Assembly (NCBI RefSeq): GCF_006345805.1
Contig: NC_042999.1
Location: forward strand, 13,392,001-13,456,000
Direction: 5' to 3'
From: Octopus sinensis
Taxonomy: Eukaryota
Length of the DNA: 64,000 bases
This document shows, piece after piece, positions 11,233 through 25,030 of this stretch; positions within the stretch are counted from its first letter, which is position 1, and the number at the start of each line of letters is the position of its first letter. Both the position numbers and the translations under genes were made by a program. The notes below the pieces were generated by a model. It searched no databases. It worked only from the letters and a program-made list of their open reading frames with translations, and was not told where the DNA came from.

Positions 11233-11760
11233 CAACAATTGAGGGCAAAATTAATTAATTATTAATCAATTTCACCAAGTGTTCAGTATGCAAAGGGACC
11301 ATTCAAGGCGAATTCAAATTATTACATTATATAAAAGGGCTTAGTAAAATAAATTACTTTGCCGCATACTGAACTCATTAGAAATAGCAGCTAAAAAACT
11401 TTTTTAAGGCTATTTCTAATACTTAAAGAAAATCTCTCTCATATATAGTGTTTGCATAATTCAACTCACAAAAGTTTGGGGGTAAGGACATCGAAAAATC
11501 AAATGCTAAGGTTATTCTCGAGAACGTACGTTTCAAGATTAGTCAAAACAACATTTCTATCATCGGCTCGGAAATTCCTTGGTTCGGATTTGGAAACACT
11601 GAAAATAAGAACATACCCATTCGAGTTGAATTATGCAAACACTATATATGAGAGAGATTTTCTTTAAGTATTAGAAATAGCCTTAAAAAAGTTTTTTAGC
11701 TGCTATTTCTAATGAGTTCAGTATGCGGCAAAGTAATTTATTTTACTAAGCCCTTTTATA
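11228..11760 (-). mobile_element. HHR-bearing foldback element, copy 1 (arms 11330-11467 and 11623-11760; HHR at 11519-11570 on the minus strand)
   Basis: 138-bp inverted arms, homologous to 23661-24318. The minus strand reads CGAG-CCGATGA-TAGA...TCTT-GAAA-CGTACG-TT-CTCG. Confidence 0.85.
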
Positions 11761-13145
11761 TAATATATATATATATATATATATATTCTCAGTAAAAACA
11801 ATTAAGATTCAAGTGAGTTCCAATGAATACACATGAATGCGGTACTTAACTTAGATGCACCAGAAATCTATATGGTATTAACCATAAAATAATGTGGGGT
11901 GATTATAAACAAGAAAAAAGCAACAAGAATGGATTAGTTGTTCAGTAAAATTGTTTCATACGAAGAACAGCTTTATTAAAAGCTGCAAATATTGCAGCAA
12001 ATACAAGTGTCCCGTATTCATCAGCCAAAACACATATGAGTTTTCCAAACATCCTAGTGGGTGAGGCTACACTCATGAAGTATCGAAGAGAGTTCTATAA
12101 AAAGCAAAGTTAGATTGTAAGCAGACTTCAAAAGTTCTCTAACGATGCACAGTTTTATAAAAGGTTTTTAAAAAGTTTGTTTCACAGAAAAGGTAAATCC
12201 ATCCATAATAATGCAAGTGTAATTTCCGGAGATATGAGGAGATATTTCATACTCAGAGACGATGAATTTATCCATAATAATGTAGATGTAATTTCCTGAT
12301 ATATGAGAAGATGCTGATCACATTTCTGTTCATTTCACAAAACTGCTATGTTGGAATTATATTGTCTAAAAGAAGTTAGTGAAGCAGAAAACCGCCCAAA
12401 TAGGGTATTATGAGACAACTGAGAGGAAGGGGTGTAAGTACACAACCTACACAGAATAGTTTATTTCTGTGGTGACAGAAACTCTAGGTCAGAGTTGCAG
12501 GAATCTGAGATTTATAAAAGAGAACATTACTTATGACCAACATACAGCTGTTAACTGCCAATCCTACAGTTAAAAGCAGATATAAGAATATAAAGAGAAC
12601 AAAACAAAGTATCAAAGGGGTCAAAGGCTATCAGTAGAGGAAATATATGTATATATATATGTATAAGTATATATACATATATATGTATATATGCGTATAT
12701 ACAGATATGTTGAGGAAGTGAGAGGGGAAGGACGTAAAGACCGACATTAAGAAACTCAACTGACCTCGGTTGTTGGCCATTTTATATTAATACCAACACA
12801 ACCTTTTAATCACGTTATACACACACGCATACATTTACCTGTACACACACACATACACACACACACATATACACACATATAGAATAGACCATGTGCTCAG
12901 ATCCTGCAGATTTCTTGGAGACAGGAGTGTAATAAAAACCGCCCTTGACCTGTCTCTAGTTGTTTGTATCGTTATTCTGTGTATTAAATATTTATCTCTC
13001 ATTTGATCGAGTATTGTTTTTTGTTGATCTTACCTTAACAGAATCGTAATGTATGTATGTATGTATGTATGTATGTATGTATGTATTTATGTATGTATGT
13101 ATGTATGTATGTATGTATGTATGTATGTATGTATATGTATGTATG

Positions 13146-13704
13146 TCAGGTCAGGTCACTTTCGAGTGCTACTGGTAACATGTAACCCAGTACAACCTGT
13201 TGCAAGGTCGGGCCGTCGGCGACTAAACCGGCAACCCCACCAAGCTTGCTTGGTGAGGATGGTGTTTATTGGACACCCTGCGGGATGAAAAACAAAACCC
13301 GTCAAAGGGCGGAGGAACTCTTGAGAGTCAACGGCCATCCAGTAAATGTCTTAAGGCTGTATCATGCGCGGGGACATAGAAATAATCGGACTGAATACCC
13401 GATCGCGCGGTTAAACCATTGGGAGTGAAGGACTCCTAGCCTTTGTTAGGGCATCCTTCTAGGAGAAGGTAACTCAGGTAACTGGGATAACTCCGACATA
13501 AAACCTGCGGCTCAGTGGTTACCGATGATGTTGACTTGTTCTTCTTTTCGGATTATGGCTGCTGTTGCTTAGTGAGTGGGATTGACTCAGTACACAGCCT
13601 TTCCTCACTTTACAAAAAATCTTCTTGCACGGGCATTGCACGATAACAACATTGATTAAGCTTCGTGCAATGGCCATACTCGATAACGAGGGGGCGGCCA
13701 CCAT
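13146..13704 (+). mobile_element. Non-coding repeat resembling the 5' region of an RTE-type LINE, embedded in (ATGT)n
   Basis: A second partial copy lies at 56716-57086 (minus strand), also within (ATGT/ACAT)n. The RTE resemblance is recalled, not searched. Confidence 0.55.
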
Positions 13705-13759
13705 GTATGTATGTATGTATGTATGTATGTATGTATGTATGTATGTATGTATGTATGTA

Positions 13760-13792
<33 letters not shown>

Positions 13793-13803
13793 ATGTATGT
13801 ATG

Positions 13804-13837
<34 letters not shown>

Positions 13838-13863
13838 TGTATGTATGTATGTATGTATGTATG

Positions 13864-13912
<49 letters not shown>

Positions 13913-14756
13913 GTCTGTCTATCTGTCTATAAATCTATCTATCTATAGATACATACACACACAGAGTTAAGACAGTCTGTTGAGAAAATAGTTGACTGAA
14001 CCTCGTGTGTCCAGATAACATGTAAGTGGTAATCCTTTATATTTTATATTATCTTTTAAACAGTTATATATCTAGTTTTAATCGCAACAACGTTTTTAAT
14101 AATATTTGGTAATTACAGGCATTCATTTATTAGTTTCCGATTTAATAAGGATATTTTAGCATTATCTATTAAATTACCGGTATAATTTTAACATCAAAAA
14201 TGCAAGGATAACGAATATTTAATACGGATGGAGTGTTTTAATTAACTTTTGGGTTATGAAATAGTGTGATTCACTCAGAATTAGTTATATTATTAGTTAA
14301 GTTCAATCGAGTTTGTTTTGTTTTGGAAAGAATAGAATATAAAAGCTTTAATTTTTATATTTATATCTATGGAAGACTGGTAGGAATATTATCTGTATTG
14401 ACTTCAAGGGCTAGGTTGTTATTTTGTTAGATAATTTAGGAGTTAGTTGTAGGTTTACTTCTTGAATTTATTTACGGATGATGTTTTTGTACATAGGGTA
14501 AATGTGTCCCTTTGTTGTAGTTTAATTAATAATGTTAATGTTTAATCCTTCCTAGAATTAAGATTGAATCAATTTGGTGATATTTAAGGTATGTTTGTTC
14601 CCAAACAGCACTTATTTTAGTGCTGGATTGAGTGGTTCTGCCCAGGTGTCGAAACTATAGTGATATCCGTGGGACAGCTGATGATGGAGGTATGTTGGAT
14701 TGTTGGTATGGCTGTTATTGTATTTGCGGGATAATTTTATAAGACATCCATTTGAT

Positions 14757-14789
<33 letters not shown>

Positions 14790-14904
14790 TATATATATAT
14801 ATATATTATATATATACATATCATGGACTCTCCCATCGTTAGATGACGTATGACGGTTTGGCATTTTCTTGCCGAACAACCACACAGATGATTTGGTCAT
14901 AGCG

Positions 14905-15080
14905 ATCAAATGTTTGTGTATTCACTCCCTCAATCAAATCGACATTACCTGTACAGGTGTACCGTGTTCCACAAGTAAGATGACGAAATGATCGCAGAGC
15001 AACGTGAAATGAAATGCTCTGCTAACCCACGATCTCGCAATCATGAGTACAACAGCCTAGCCACTAAGCCATGCACCTTC
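14905..15080 (-). mobile_element. SINE family C, degenerate partial copy
   Basis: GAGCAACGTGAAATGAAATG...CACTAAGCCATGCACCTTCA matches 55420-55542. Confidence 0.7.
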
Positions 15081-15081
15081 A

Positions 15082-15131
<50 letters not shown>

Positions 15132-15889
15132 CAGATACATAGTACGTACTACCACCTGATCCATTCTGACCACCATTACGAAATTATTTTGGGAAGGCGG
15201 TATTTTTGATAGTAGGCTCTGATTGGCAAAGGGATTCGTCAACAAAATGATACAATTTATATCTTCATTAAAATCAGAAGCCATCGATTTTCGTCGTTCG
15301 CAAAAAGAGCAAACAAACTGTTTTTCTCTTTTGTCTTCACTTAACAACTCTCAAACGAATACATGTATGCAATGCGCATGCGCATAAGTCCGTATATATG
15401 CGCGTGCATGGATGTGTACGTCAGCGCCAGAAATGGAACGTTCAAAGAGCATTCACATGAATTTATATATTTGTGGCTTTACAAAAGGCCAACAGCTAAC
15501 CGACCTCTGAGAAGAAAATTCTAGATTTTATGGCACAGCCTTGCCAATGTGAAGAATCTGTGATTAGTATTAAAGGTTGCGAAAGAGCTTGACGGTTTGG
15601 CGGTATTTCTGTTGTGTAGAGATTCCTGAAAGGCAAACATCGATAAAGGACGGAGACGGGGATGGGAAGTTCAATGACAATTTGTTAGTGAAGCGTAATA
15701 GCATAGATTTCGAGTCGGAGGAGGTAAAAGGTTGTTTGGGCATTCATACCTTTTCTTTCTATGACCATTATCAACACAATTGAAGTGAATTAGATTCCAT
15801 CGGAAATGAGAACCAGGTCACGGGCTTGGCTTCCATGGAAATTCATTAGCGAGATTGAGATTGAATATGGAATAGAGTTAATGGGAGAG

Positions 15890-15900
15890 AGAGAGATGGG

Positions 15901-15970
<70 letters not shown>

Positions 15971-16455
15971 GAGATAAGGAGAGAGCGATAGGGAAGAGAA
16001 AGCGAGAGACAGAAATAGGAGTGATAGAGAAAGAGAGAGCGCGGGAAGAAAGAGATGGAGAAGAGAGAGATAAGGAAGAGAGACAGAGAAGAAAAAGTTA
16101 AGAAAGGTAGAGACTGGAGAGAGAGAGGGAGAAGAGGAGGAGGAAGAAAGAGACACGAAAGAGAGAGATAGGGAAGGGAGGACAGGAAAGAGAGGAAGTT
16201 AGGAAAAGACATGGAGAAAGAGATTGGAAGAGACAGACAAGGAAGGGAGAGACAAGGAGAGCGAAAAGGAGAGAGACTTGGGGAGAGAGAGAAAGAGAAA
16301 GAGAGAGTTAGGGAGAGCAAGAGTAGGGGAGAGAGAGACAGGGAGAAAGAATTACAGAGAGAGACAAAGGAAGACAAAGAGAGTCAAAGAGAGATTCAAG
16401 GAGAGAAAGGCAGGGAGGGAGCGAGAGAGAAAGGAAGACAAAGAAAGTGAGTGAT

Positions 16456-16510
<55 letters not shown>

Positions 16511-16525
16511 GAGAGATAGAGAGAT
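15890..16525. repeat. Polypurine (AGAT)n/(GA)-rich low-complexity tract
   Basis: Direct reading. Confidence 0.9.
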
Positions 16526-16899
16526 TGAAGGAGTAAATGAGGTGGATGAGTAGGAGGTTGAGGAGAAAGAAGAAAGGCAATTCGCAGCAAAAGAGATTTT
16601 AAGGATGACGGCAAAATGAGGAATTCATCAGCATCAACATCACCGTCATTGAGTTAATGAAGGAACCTCTAGGTGGTCGCCTGACATGCTAGAAATAGCA
16701 GTGGGTCTTGCGTAAGTTATATCCTACAGTCGTGAAAGTGGAGAGGGACATGTTGAACAATGTCCTGGATATACCATAGTCAAATGACAGATTGGATAGT
16801 CATGACCGGAACGCTATGACCACTCTGTCGATAGATCTTTTCATTCAGGGCTGACCTGGAGCTACGCAACAGCTATAGCAACAACAACGACGATGTTGT

Positions 16900-17550
16900 C
16901 CAAAGGATGAAAGGCAAAGTCGACCTCGGCGGAATTTGAACTCAGAACGTAACGGCAGACGAAATACGGCCGAGCGAAATGCGTAGCCATATTTCGTCTG
17001 CCGTTACGTTCTGAGTTCAAATTCCGCCGAGGTCGACTTTGCCTTTCATCCATTCGGGGTCGATAAATAAAGTACTAGTTACGCACTGGGATCGATGTAA
17101 TCGTCTTAATCCGTTTGTCTGTCCTTGTTTGTCCTCTCTGTGTTTAGCCCCTTGTGGGTAGTAAAAAAATAGAAATAAGTAATTCGTCCATTTTTACGTT
17201 CTGAGTTCAAATTCCGCCGAGGTCGACTTTGCCTTTCATCCTTTCGTGGTCGATAAATTAAGTACCAATTACGCACTGGGGTCGATATAATCGACTTAAT
17301 CCGTTTGTCTGTCCTTGTTTGTCCTCTCTGTGTTTAGCCCCTTGTGGGTAGTAAAGAAATAGGTATTTCGTCTGTCTTTACGTTCTGAGTTCCAATTCCG
17401 CCGAGGTCGACTTTGCCTTTCATCCTTTCGGGGTCGATAAATTAAGTACCAGTTACGCACTGGGGTCGATATAATCGACTTAATCCGTGTGTCTGTCCTT
17501 GTTTGTCTCCTCTATGTTTAGGCCCTTGTGGATAGTAATGAAATAGGTTA
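16900..17550 (+). mobile_element. SINE family A cluster: a head-to-head inverted piece plus three tandem bodies
   Basis: 16905-16966 is the reverse complement of 16991-17052. Bodies repeat at about 17000, 17190 and 17375. Confidence 0.9.
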
Positions 17551-18129
17551 CGCACAGCTCAAACAATGGGTTTGGTGGCCATGGCTGGAGCGCTACGTAC
17601 ATTCTATGAATAAATGTATTCAATCAGGACTGACCGGGGGCTAAAAGACAAACAATAGCCAACGCCAACGCCACCGCCAGCTACGACGACGACGACGACG
17701 ACGGCGCCTTCGACAATGTCCAAAATGGCGCTGATGATATTCAATCATTCATTTTATCTTTTCCTCTATTTGTTTTGCTTATTTAATTATCTCCCCTGTT
17801 GCATTTTCACATTTCGATGCATTTCCGAAGCTGAATTCCCAAAGGAAAACATTAATGAGTCGGATGTTAAGAGGCGAATCGCATTGAAAGCCACGGATTG
17901 TCCTCTCTCCTCCTACGCTTTTCTATGGTGTTCGGAGATGCTTAGACAGCAATCTGTTAATAACCTCCCCCCACCTTTCTTCTTCATTTTTCTTCGTCAT
18001 TCATTATAAACTTATCGCATACACATCCACATACAGAAATATGAAAACACATCATAGACATTTGCTATTATCACACGCGCGCGAACACACACATACACAC
18101 ACACACACGCGTACACTTACACACACATG

Positions 18130-18410
18130 ACTTTCTCTCTTATTATCTCTCCCTCTTATTATCTCTCTCTATCTCTCTCTCTCTCTCTTATCTCTCTCTC
18201 TTATTCTCTCTCTCTCTTGTTGTCTCTCTCTTATTAGCTCTCTCTCTTATTGTTTCTCTCTGTCTCTTATTGTAACTCTCTTGTTATCACTCTCTCTCTG
18301 TTATTGTCTCTCTCTCTCTTATTGTGTCTCTCTCTTATTATTTCTCTCTCTTATTGTGTCTCTCTCTCTTATTGTCTCTCTCTCTTATTGTCTCTTTCTC
18401 TCTCCTTCTC
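18130..18410. repeat. (CT)n-TATT(G) degenerate minisatellite
   Basis: Recurring TCTCTCTCTTATT(G) units. Confidence 0.85.
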
Positions 18411-19211
18411 TCTTCACACTCACAGACACACACACTGAAACACTCCTTAACAGGAATACATAGACACACATAAATATTTACACAGAAACACACACGTATA
18501 CACGGACACACAAACACATACAAAGTCATGCATACAAACACACATACACACACACACTTATTCTCTTAAACCAAGACATTAACTATTAACAGAAACACAT
18601 ATATACACATATATACACAATATATATATAAACACATATATACACAAACATACATATATACGGACACGCACACGTATACATACGCACACGTATACACACA
18701 CACACACGCAATCTCTCTTTCTCTCCATTTCACTTGATCTTTCTCATACATACTTCTATTATAGCCACAAGCTATTAACAGAAACACATGGACACATACA
18801 CATACATACACATACACATATCCTCAAGGGGGGAACATACGACCCCCCCGCTTCCCTTTCCCATCCTACATGGTATCATTCATTGATAGACAGTTTAGCT
18901 CTGTCGAGGTTATTCCCCTACGTTCATACAGTGTGTGTGACTGACGATAAGATCGGAATAAAATAACTTCACGCATTTATTCCCTGGAAAATGGAGATGT
19001 CCCTGATTTCTTTCATTCGCCTCTTTTGCTTTTTCCTTTCACCAACAATTCCACAGGAAATGATAACGTATATAATGTCCACATTGGAAACGAGAGAGAC
19101 TTTTCTTTTATAGCTTGATAAAGTAGAAATAAATGGATTGCTAAAACTCACTCTCTCTCACTCTCTCTCTCTCTCTGTATATGTATATGTCAATACACAC
19201 ACACACATATA

Positions 19212-19308
<97 letters not shown>

Positions 19309-19463
19309 CACACACACACACCCACATATATAGATTAATCAGCCGAAATTGCTACGAGGATCCGGTTCTTGACTGAAGATTGAGGGCTTGGAATGTTCCG
19401 TCTGTGTTTTTTGTATCGTTTTCTAAGTGTTTTGCGTTCTTGTCCCAGTTTTTATTTTTCTAC

Positions 19464-19884
<421 letters not shown>

Positions 19885-20471
19885 AATGTATGCATACATA
19901 ATCTCACACGAGACAGCGTCGAAGGAAAGGCCTTCTTGTAAAGTCATATTTGGCACGTTCGAGTGTATTTGAACGTGTGGAGATTGTGACGTAATCAACA
20001 AATCCCCCATTTAGACGTACGAGAAAACAACAATTTTGGGGCTCTGAATGACGTTATCGCTTTGTAGGACGCATACCCTCCTGCGTTGTTCGACAATGCC
20101 GACGTAAACAATAATTAAAAGTACTTAATTACTTATCACCTCAGTTCCCCGTCATACCATTCAAAAGATAATCCCACAGCTTTATAGAGTTTGTACCACC
20201 TTTTGAGGCTAATATTGCTAAAGATGATTTCGTTCTTATAAGCATTTCCAATATACGACCGCTGCAGTAAAGCAGGCCCCACAAAAGTAAATCCCACCAA
20301 ATTTAGTTACCTCTAGCATGGAAAACATCGTAATGCATAAGTGAATAAGGCCACTCGAACAAGCTGTGCTCACAAACGCAGTTTATTAAGTATGCTTTAT
20401 TTTGTATTCGTATATGAAACAGAAGTCATCTCTTCCAGGCTTAATCAAGAACAGAACGGCCGTATTCTTAT

Positions 20472-20703
20472 ATGTTTCTTTATTACCCACAAGGGGCTAA
20501 ACATAGAGGGGACAAACAAGGACAGAAAAACGGATTAAGTCGATTACAACGACCCCAGTGCGTAACTGGTACTTAATTTATCGACCCCAAAAGGATAAAA
20601 GGCAAAGTCGACCTCGGCGGAATTTGAACTCAGAACGTAACGGCAGACGAAATACGGCTACGCATTTCGCCCAGCTTGCCATTTCTGCCAACTTGCCGCC
20701 TTG
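20472..20703 (-). mobile_element. SINE family A, full copy
   Basis: Reverse complement of the family A consensus, including the tRNA-like head. Confidence 0.9.
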
Positions 20704-20965
20704 ATCGGCCGCATTCCTATACTGAACGCCTAACAGCATTAAATATTTCAATATTTAAATGTAGACTAGAAAGTAGAAGAGATTCAGGAACTTAATCACA
20801 GAAATTACAGAAAAGAATTGATTTGTAATTAGGGCCTTTTATTACGTAAAGTTTCAAAGGTTTTATTAAAAAAACAAACCCATAAGTTTTTACAAAAAAT
20901 ATACATTTTATAAAAATCTTTTGTCAAACGAAGCTCTCGATAGTGAACGTGATAATTTCCTATAA

Positions 20966-21351
20966 TCTCTCTATATATAAAGCTGAAGTTGTCTGTGTAT
21001 GGCAGGTTTGGTAGCTTTCAACTAACACTATATCCTCCGAGACCCTGCGGCGCAAGTTGACCAAAATTGAGAGTATGATAGAAGGTTTGCTCTTCCGTTG
21101 AAGAAAAACATTCAAATCGGACCATGTTAACACCAAACATTATTTACATCAAAAAGGTGTTTTTTTCTATGAAAATCCTTATTTTTTTACGATCTTTTGA
21201 CTTCTGTGTCGCCATTTTTCGGTGTATTTCAACCAGAAAAATGTTCACTTAAAGAGAATAACAAGCTACATAATGCAAAATTTTTACTTTTCAAAAATTC
21301 CAATTCTAAAGGGTCGAAATATACCCGAGCAACGCCGGGCGATACTGCTAG
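20966..21351 (+). mobile_element. Non-autonomous Helitron
   Basis: A|TC 5' end (TCTCTCTATATATAAAG), subterminal GC hairpin CCCGAGCAACGCCGGG (21324-21339), and CTAG|T 3' end with no TSD. Confidence 0.85.
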
Positions 21352-22088
21352 TTTTTATATATACATACATGGATACAGGCACACACTCGCAGACACGACA
21401 CACAGACACATAGACACACACACACACACACACACACACACCATATATATACGTAGTGGGGGATAAGAGGAAAAAGGGGAATAGCTTGCTGTCAAAAAGA
21501 AATATTTCGTTTTGTTTAGAGAAAACTTCTTTAACCTGTTTCAAAATGTTTTCTCTTAGACCGAATCAGGATTTTTTTCTTCTCCTTGTCACCATAGATA
21601 GCTAATATCAAAATAAAACATACAACGGAGATTGTCTATAAACTATGGAAGTGTCAATATTCGATATTTTATCTTCCCTTTATGCAGCTGATATATACAT
21701 TCCAGACAGGCGTTGTGCCAACGAAATGATTGTGCCAACACACTGTGCCAAAATATTGAAGAATTTACTTCACGATCATCAAATAAAGATTCTGTTTTGG
21801 TCTGGATATTTTCCACAGACCTTAATGCTATGTAAAAATATATGATAGATTATTAAGTCAAAATTATGTCAAAATTATGTCAAACCTAAATAAACGATTT
21901 TAAAAGCTAAAAATATTGTATTTGCAATTCCTTATTAGGAATAGTTCTGTTTGTAGTCTACTTTATTTCTCCATCAGTTAGGATTTTTTAAAGTATGTAC
22001 TTCTGATTTACCTTTTGAGTGCATACAAATATATATTAGTTACCTAGGCGCGGGGTGTGTGTAAGAAGGAAACTGTAAGAATCCCGTC

Positions 22089-22134
<46 letters not shown>

Positions 22135-22152
22135 ACATACATACATACATAT

Positions 22153-22195
<43 letters not shown>

Positions 22196-22479
22196 TATAC
22201 CCACACACCCATATATATATATATATATATATATAGCAAAACATTCAAAGACTGGGATTTGAAATCAGATGTCACTACTGTTCATATCATCTGTGGATAA
22301 ATTTTTAAATTGATTATATCACCAGCAGTGACATAGGTGGATTGCAAGCGCAATACCATTACATAGCTATGAATTATAAATTTGTACGAGGTGTAAGGAT
22401 GCTTAACAAGCATCCACCTGCTAGAAATAAGAGCTAAAGTCTTAAATTTATCCACCGTACTGCACCAAAGTATGTGTGT

Positions 22480-22695
22480 GTGTCTCACTCTTTGTGTCTG
22501 TGTTTGATCTCCACCACCGCTTGACAACCAGTATTGGTATGTTTACATTCCCGTAACTTAGCGGTTCAACAAAAGTAACTGATAGAATAAGTACGAGGCC
22601 TTAAAAAGTATGGGGATCGATTTTTTGCGACAAAAATTCCTTAAAAGCGGTACTCCAGCATTCCTGCAGGCTAATGACTAAAACAAATAAAAGCT
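22480..22695 (+). mobile_element. SINE family B 3' half, degenerate
   Basis: GCTTGACAACC...CCCGTAACTTAGCGGTTC...GATAGAATAAGTAC. Confidence 0.8.
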
Positions 22696-22888
22696 GATGG
22701 ACAGCCGACAACTGATGAAGGGTCGTTCTTTATGTTACTTGTCTTGTTTTCCATTTATTTCTCTAGTTGTTTGCATACCGGAGTTTGTCTTCGTATTTCA
22801 TGTTGTTTATGCTTTGTGACGTCCTGTACACATATATGCATATATTTACACGTTCATACATACACAGATACATAGATACATACATACA

Positions 22889-22948
<60 letters not shown>

Positions 22949-23025
22949 GGGAGTAAATCCAAACTTACAGAGAAAAATTAGATTTAGGATTAAATCTAAT
23001 TTTACAGATAAATATATATATATTA

Positions 23026-23387
23026 AATTAGAGATAAAACCACTATTAGGCAAATCAATAGTGAAAAACATAAGCCAAACATAGAAATAAAATTAATTAA
23101 TATAATACACAATATATAAAATATAAAATTCAAAATTTAAATTATTTAAATTAAAAGTTAAAAATTTTAAAAAAAAATTTAATTATTAATTTATACTTAT
23201 AAATTTTTATATATAAATATATATATATATTTTTTTATTTTTTACTTTTATTTATATTTTTATTTTTTATTTTTTATTTATTTAATTTAATTTTTTTTAT
23301 ACTTTTTAATACTTTTTGATAGTTATATATATCTTTAATATAATATTTAAAATTTAAATTTAAATAAATATATAATTAAATAAAATA

Positions 23388-23425
<38 letters not shown>

Positions 23426-23611
23426 TCATAAATTTATAAGTATAAATTAATAATTTAAATTTTTTTTAATTTTTAACTTTTAATTTAAATAATTTAAATT
23501 TTGAATTTTATATTTTATATATTTTGTATATTATATTAATTAATTTTATTTCTATGTTTTGGTTTATGTTTTTCACTGTTTGATTTGCCTAATAGTGGTT
23601 TTATCTCTAAT

Positions 23612-23612
<1 letters not shown>
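23026..23612. repeat. AT-rich foldback (arms 23026-23206 and 23430-23612)
   Basis: AATTAGAGATAAAACCACTATTAGGCAAATCAA... is present inverted. A short remnant occurs at about 46206-46230. Confidence 0.85.
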
Positions 23613-23643
<31 letters not shown>

Positions 23644-23660
23644 TATATATATATATATAT

Positions 23661-24318
23661 ATTACATTATATATAAGGGCTTAGTAAAATAAATTACTTT
23701 GCCACATACTGAACTCATTAGAAATAGCAGCTAAAGAAATTTCTTCAGCTATTTCTAATACTTAAAGAAGATCTCTCTCAGATAGTGTTTGCCTAAACTA
23801 ACTCACAAAAGTATGGGGGAAAAAACATTCCACGCTGGTGGAAAGGGGAGAGCAGAAATTCTTCGCTTGCATATTCGAATTTGATAGCACTTTTAGTTCG
23901 AGCAGAATTCTAGAGGTGATTAGAAGCCGAAAGGGTATGCTCCCGACTTTCAGTGTTCCCAAATCCGATTCAAGGAATTCTGAGCTGAAGAAAGAAATGT
24001 CGAATTGACTAATCTAGAAACGTACGTTCTCAAATAACCTTTGCACTTGATTTTTTAATGTTTTTTCCCCCCTACTTTTGTGAGTTAGTTTAGGCAAACA
24101 CTATCTGAGAGAGATCTTCTTTAAGTATTAGAAATAGCTGAAGAAATTTCTTTAGCTGCTATTTCTAATGAGTTCAGTATGTGGCAAAGTAATTTATTTT
24201 ACTAAGCCCTTATATATAATGTAATATTTTGAATTCGCCTATAATGGTCCCTTTACATACTGAATACTTGGTGAAATTGATTAATAATTAATTAATTTTA
24301 CCCTCAATTGTTGAAATT
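23661..24318 (+). mobile_element. HHR-bearing foldback element, copy 2 (arms 23661-23829 and 24057-24225)
   Basis: 169-bp inverted arms, homologous to 11228-11760 in the opposite orientation. Confidence 0.88.
23981..24032 (+). ncRNA. Hammerhead motif with canonical core
   Basis: TGAG-CTGAAGA-AAGAAATGTC[GAATT]GACTAATCTA-GAAA-CGTACG-TT-CTCA. Helix I is TGAG/CTCA and helix III is the palindrome ACGTACGT. Confidence 0.7.
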
Positions 24319-24819
24319 ATATATATATATATATATATACCCTTATAATTTTCACAGTTTATAAATATATATGTATGTATATATGTATGTATTAATGTAT
24401 GTATGTATGCATATGTATGTATGTATATACATATATATGAATATACATATATTATATATATATATACACATGTACATATATGTTTATGTGTGTATGTGTA
24501 TACAACGCATACATATATACTTATAGGTAAATAGATGTAGACATAAGTACCTGTACATACACACACACACCCTACTTGTACGTAGACTCTCATACAAACG
24601 AACAAGCACGCACACCTGACTTGATTAAACTAAAACACCTGCAAAATTTTGGAATTTTTGCAAATCAAGTTTATAGTGAAATCAGATCGTTTAATATTTT
24701 CAGATTTGAAACCTATTTCAATTTTTGTTCGATTGCAATCAAAATAAATCCTTTATCTGTGTTTATAGCTAATCTATGTTGCCGCTTAATCATTTCATCA
24801 TGCGGGTGTTGTAAGGTGG

Positions 24820-24990
24820 CAAGGTGGAAGAATCGTCAGCACGTCGGACAAAACATTTTGCGGATTTTAGTCTTTACGTTCTGAGTTCAAATTCCACCGG
24901 GGCCTACTTTGCCTTTCATCCTTTCGAAGTCGATAAAACAATTACCAGTTATGCTCTGGGGTCGATGAAATCAACTTACCTCCAGCCAAA
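24820..24990 (+). mobile_element. SINE family A, degenerate
   Basis: TTACGTTCTGAGTTCAAATTCC...GTCGATAAA. Confidence 0.75.
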
Positions 24991-25030
24991 ATTTTAAATC
25001 AATTTTTGTGTGGTTTATCATATAAAACGA

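Noticed and set aside
14625-14670. GAAA-CTATAG-TG palindrome resembling helix III
   Set aside because: There is no valid core or helix II, and position 17 is G.
15084-15347. EKQFVCSFC as a C2H2 zinc finger
   Set aside because: The histidines are missing at the required spacing and the ORF runs into (TA)n.
19366-19405. CTGAAGA...GAAT...GTC motif
   Set aside because: Helix II and GAAA are too degenerate.
22712-22752. CTGATGA core with GACAA/TTGTC flanks
   Set aside because: No GAAA follows helix II, so it cannot be called a hammerhead.
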